A stretch of 64,000 nt of DNA, taken from assembly GCA_949292245.1 (NCBI GenBank), contig CASEYV010000002.1:16150-80149 (forward strand), read 5' to 3'. Source of the DNA: an uncultured bacterium (GTDB lineage Bacteria; Bacillota_I; Bacilli_A; RF39; UBA660). The translations under genes and the position numbers were made by a program. Shown piece after piece: positions 60,269-64,000 of the stretch; the first letter of the stretch is position 1, and each line of letters opens with the position of its first letter. The notes under the pieces were generated by a model that was not told the DNA's origin, did not search any database, and was given only the letters and a program-made list of their open reading frames with translations.

Positions 60269-62560
60269 TCATTTTGTAGTAACTGTTATTTGATTTTTAT
60301 AACTCTTTTCACCAACAAAAACAATAACTTCATATATACCAGTTGATAGACAAGTAGGATTATTTTCTAATTCTAAATATCCATCTACATCCATAGCTAC
60401 CTTGTTATCATACATTACTTGATTTTCGTTATAATAGTTTTGTAAGAATACCCAATATTTATTTTTATCTTCTTCTTTTATCTCATCTTCTTCCATATCA
60501 GATTCATTAGGAATTTCACCAACTGTAACGGTTTCTCCAACATCTAAAGAGAAAGACCAAGAGTTTTTAATATTTCCCTGATTATCAACAGGTTGTATTT
60601 CTGTTGGCGATGCGATATATATATCTCTATCACTAACTGGAACTTCGCCTACATTAGTTATTTGTATTCTAATTCTTGTTTTATCACCTTTTGTGATTTG
60701 CTTTTTATCAACAACGATATTCACATCAAATTTTTCTTCATATTTATAATAATAAATATTATAATAAATATTTTTAATATCTAATTTCGTTGTTAAATAG
60801 TTGTTTTCAGATTTAAAACATAATTCTAATTCGCATCCTTGTTCAAGATTTTCTCTTGTTAATAATGATTCATCTAATCCTAATGAATCACCATTTCCAC
60901 CTATGGTATAAGTTCTCAATCCTTGTTTCCACTCTTCATTTATATTTTCTAATGGAAGTTTTTCATATTTTATTTCATTACCAAACTTAATAGGAATTTT
61001 AAGATAACTTTTATCTAAATGTATTTCGTTTGAATAAACATCTATAAAAGCTTCAATTTTCAATCCGATTCCTGTAATTTTAATATTTTCTGGTAAATCA
61101 ATTTTTTTAGGATAGCCTAAATATAATTTTTTTGAAATATAAGTTTTGTCATTAATATTATTTTTATAGTAAGGAAGTAATGTTGTCTTACAATATCGTT
61201 TTGTTTTTGTTAATAAATGTTCTGGATTCTTCCATTCAACTCCTTCACTTGTTTTATCCTGATATGATGAAATTGGTAATATATCTCCTGTTTCTTCATT
61301 ATAATCAGGTGTAGCTGGGATAGATTCCGTATATAAATATGTATCTTCAATAAATGGATTTTTGATAGATACAATACCAATATTATTAAGATTACTATCC
61401 TTTATAAAAACATGGTCTTCTTTATCAAAATTCTTCTGATATTCATTAGCCATTCTTTGTTCATAATAATAATCCTGCTCAATATCGTAATTATAAAATC
61501 TTGGGTATGTAGTTTCTTCTTCTTCAATGGTAATATCTGGTCTATAGTATCTACGTGGAAGACCATATATAATACCCCAATAATCTAATACGGTATTAGG
61601 TGCAAATGCTTTATCAGTTGAATTTTCATCAACTGGAAAACCTCTTTCAATAGGTTTTTTCATTCCCTTAAAGAAAACTTTAACCTTAAATATTTCTACA
61701 TCAAATTGTTTTGTAAATCTATCATAAACTGTTGTTTCTGATATATTATTATAATCTTTTTCATATAACAATTGCCAACCTTGTTTTGGATTAAATTCAT
61801 GACAATAATGACCATAGAGCTCTACTCTTTCAATAGGAAGCATAGAAACACTTGCTAATCTAACATGTTGTTCAACGACATATGTTGGTTCTATTACCTC
61901 TATAAATACTTTAAATGCTAAATTAGTATTTGATGTTGTAATTGAAAATTTGGTTTCTTTATTTTCATTAGTAATAGGTATAGCAGCTAATTCTTTTGGG
62001 TCTAATGTTTTTGCTTCCCCATATATTCTATGTATTTTTCCTTCGTGATTTGTATAATTAACTTTATCTATTAAAACTTGACCATCAGAGAAAATATCAA
62101 TTGTTGATTGATTATCAATATCGTTTATTTTTAATGTTTGTGAAGCATTTTTTATTTCAATCCAATTAATTGGTGATACAAAATCTCCTATTGTTTTAGA
62201 AAATGAAATTCTTATTCTAAACCTCGCAGGTCTTTTCATATTTGGAAGATAAAATACGAATTTATCATTTGGTTCAGTAAATCTTAATTCTGGACCAACT
62301 TTATCTCCCGCATTAGGATGTTTTAAAACGACATTCTCATCAAAATCTTTATATTCTCTAACATAATTGTATTCAACTGGAATATCTTTCCATACCTGTA
62401 CTGGTTGAATTAATCCTAAATGCTTTAAAAATTCATTTACTATATCAGCTTCAAATTCTTCTGTGTATTTCTCAACTACATCAAGAAATACATCATTTTT
62501 CATCCATTCTGGAAGATTTTCTTTAATTGATAAGTTATAATCTTGATATTTTCCAGCCAT
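60269..62560 (-). CDS. Baseplate wedge / tail protein I-like protein with CARDB-like C-terminus
   Basis: LDYWGIIYGLPR motif; ITNVGEVPV. Confidence 0.6.
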   Translation of the reverse strand: MAGKYQDYNLSIKENLPEWMKNDVFLDVVEKYTEEFEADIVNEFLKHLGLIQPVQVWKDIPVEYNYVREYKDFDENVVLKHPNAGDKVGPELRFTEPNDKFVFYLPNMKRPARFRIRISFSKTIGDFVSPINWIEIKNASQTLKINDIDNQSTIDIFSDGQVLIDKVNYTNHEGKIHRIYGEAKTLDPKELAAIPITNENKETKFSITTSNTNLAFKVFIEVIEPTYVVEQHVRLASVSMLPIERVELYGHYCHEFNPKQGWQLLYEKDYNNISETTVYDRFTKQFDVEIFKVKVFFKGMKKPIERGFPVDENSTDKAFAPNTVLDYWGIIYGLPRRYYRPDITIEEEETTYPRFYNYDIEQDYYYEQRMANEYQKNFDKEDHVFIKDSNLNNIGIVSIKNPFIEDTYLYTESIPATPDYNEETGDILPISSYQDKTSEGVEWKNPEHLLTKTKRYCKTTLLPYYKNNINDKTYISKKLYLGYPKKIDLPENIKITGIGLKIEAFIDVYSNEIHLDKSYLKIPIKFGNEIKYEKLPLENINEEWKQGLRTYTIGGNGDSLGLDESLLTRENLEQGCELELCFKSENNYLTTKLDIKNIYYNIYYYKYEEKFDVNIVVDKKQITKGDKTRIRIQITNVGEVPVSDRDIYIASPTEIQPVDNQGNIKNSWSFSLDVGETVTVGEIPNESDMEEDEIKEEDKNKYWVFLQNYYNENQVMYDNKVAMDVDGYLELENNPTCLSTGIYEVIVFVGEKSYKNQITVTTK

Positions 62561-62569
62561 TTTTAAACC

Positions 62570-63007
62570 TCATATATATAATGTTCTTGTAAATCTACCA
62601 TATATAGAATTAACAGTTAATGTTATTTTCATTTTATCTCCTCTCTTCATACCGTTGAATGTTGGATTAGAGATTTTAATTTCATCAAAAGAATATACTC
62701 TGTTTTGATATTGTGAAATAGTATCTTTAATATATACTTTTGCTAATTCAGCTATATGGTAATTCATGTTTACCCCTCTAAGTTCTAATAATCTAGAACC
62801 AAACCTTTCCATTCCAACACCATTTACTGCTCCAAGTGGTGTTCTTAATACATTACAAATACTTGACCAAAGAGCTTCTGCATCTTGGTCATAACTAATA
62901 TCATCATCTATAATAAGAATTTCTTCATTAAAACTAATAGAGCCATCATTAAATGTTTCAACATTTTGTTGTGATTTTAAATTTTGTATTCTATTTTGAT
63001 ACTCCAT
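62570..63007 (-). CDS. gp25/GpW-like baseplate wedge protein
   Basis: SICNVLRTPLG...FGSRLLEL. Confidence 0.8.
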   Translation of the reverse strand: MEYQNRIQNLKSQQNVETFNDGSISFNEEILIIDDDISYDQDAEALWSSICNVLRTPLGAVNGVGMERFGSRLLELRGVNMNYHIAELAKVYIKDTISQYQNRVYSFDEIKISNPTFNGMKRGDKMKITLTVNSIYGRFTRTLYI

Positions 63008-63017
63008 TTTTATTACC

Positions 63018-63998
63018 TCATTCTAAATTATATTCAAATACCGTTGATACTTTATTTGCTTGTATTCTTTGATATGGTTTTACTTCAAATTTACCATTTT
63101 GTGGATTTACTGTAAGGTCTTCATTAGGTAATATATCTACATCTAATTCATATATCTCAAAACCAGCATCTACTACATAATTTAAGATATAAGCCTCTAA
63201 TCTTTTTACTGATAATCCTTGTCCAATATAACAATAGTTTCCTATAAATATCTCTATAGCTGTTATAATATGATTTTCAAGTGTTTCTTTATCATATTCA
63301 TTATAAAGATTTTCTCCAGTTAATTTAAGGCTAATATCCATATCAACAGGTATTTTTTCAACCTGTGTATAGCTATATTTTACACCAGGTATTTTAGGAT
63401 TATCTATTTGTCTTATAATATCTTTAAATTCTTCATCACTAGCTATATCTATTACAATTAATAAAGTTCCATATCCATCAAAATATTCAACGATATTATA
63501 ATCATAAAATCCAACACCTAATTCTACTAATCTATTTCCTATATCAGCTATACTACCATCACGTGCATATCTAAAGTTTTCTATTCTATTACGTGCATCA
63601 AATGCACTCTCTTCATCTCTTCCACCAAAGGCAGCATTTGGATTAGTTACTCCAATGTCTGCAAAAGTAGAGTCTTCAAAGAATGTTAATGTATTTGCTG
63701 AAACATTTTGATTTGCGCCCATATCAACGGAGTATGCTGGAATTTTAACCCTATAACTATCTTTCCATAAAATTCTACTCTCTGCTGTTCTGAATACAAT
63801 AGGGTTATTTCCTTCTGTAGTTACTTCAAAATTTGTAGGAATAAGTATATCATTAGCATTATCAGATTCATCTCTTCTATAAAACTCAAGAATAACCTTT
63901 GCAACTCTAGCTTGTCTTTTAGTAACAAAAGGTTTTATTAATATTTCTAATAGTGCTTCATCTGTTGTATTAAATATATCTAATTCCTTTAAATATTG
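63018..63998 (-). CDS. Baseplate J-like protein, 5'-truncated by window end
   Basis: Frame open to the edge; ILIPTNFEVTT, VTNPNAAFGGRDEES...ARNRI. Confidence 0.85.
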   Translation of the reverse strand, partial: QYLKELDIFNTTDEALLEILIKPFVTKRQARVAKVILEFYRRDESDNANDILIPTNFEVTTEGNNPIVFRTAESRILWKDSYRVKIPAYSVDMGANQNVSANTLTFFEDSTFADIGVTNPNAAFGGRDEESAFDARNRIENFRYARDGSIADIGNRLVELGVGFYDYNIVEYFDGYGTLLIVIDIASDEEFKDIIRQIDNPKIPGVKYSYTQVEKIPVDMDISLKLTGENLYNEYDKETLENHIITAIEIFIGNYCYIGQGLSVKRLEAYILNYVVDAGFEIYELDVDILPNEDLTVNPQNGKFEVKPYQRIQANKVSTVFEYNLE

Positions 63999-64000
63999 TG

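Overview
AT-rich 64 kb piece of a large tailed (probably contractile-tail) archaeal virus. The host is inferred to be a Methanobacteriales methanogen, likely Methanobrevibacter-like, from GGTGA/GGAG ribosome sites, TTTATATA TATA boxes, PCNA, Mre11, a DUF4013-like membrane protein and pseudomurein-peptidase-like tail domains. Layout: (1) 1-2.9 kb, a ~45-bp-period repeat array and genes with extreme strand skew (almost no G on +). (2) 2.9-17.7 kb, a co-oriented array of small genes, four orphan DNA methyltransferases and an HslV-like protease; many gene junctions carry TAAA(A)CGRTRTAT plus an RBS, and two compositionally foreign methyltransferases sit between perfect 21-bp direct repeats of that junction (cassette-like). 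(3) A hairpin-rich non-coding block, then prim-pol/helicase, XPD/DinG helicase and Mre11. (4) Holin-like genes, a split baseplate hub and a giant tail protein. (5) PCNA, NrdDG, an HNH, a free-standing dead intein and a B12 radical SAM. (6) Minus-strand baseplate/tail genes with a GIY-YIG insert. Several genes look like catalytically dead enzyme derivatives. All family calls come from motif recognition by eye; no searches were run.
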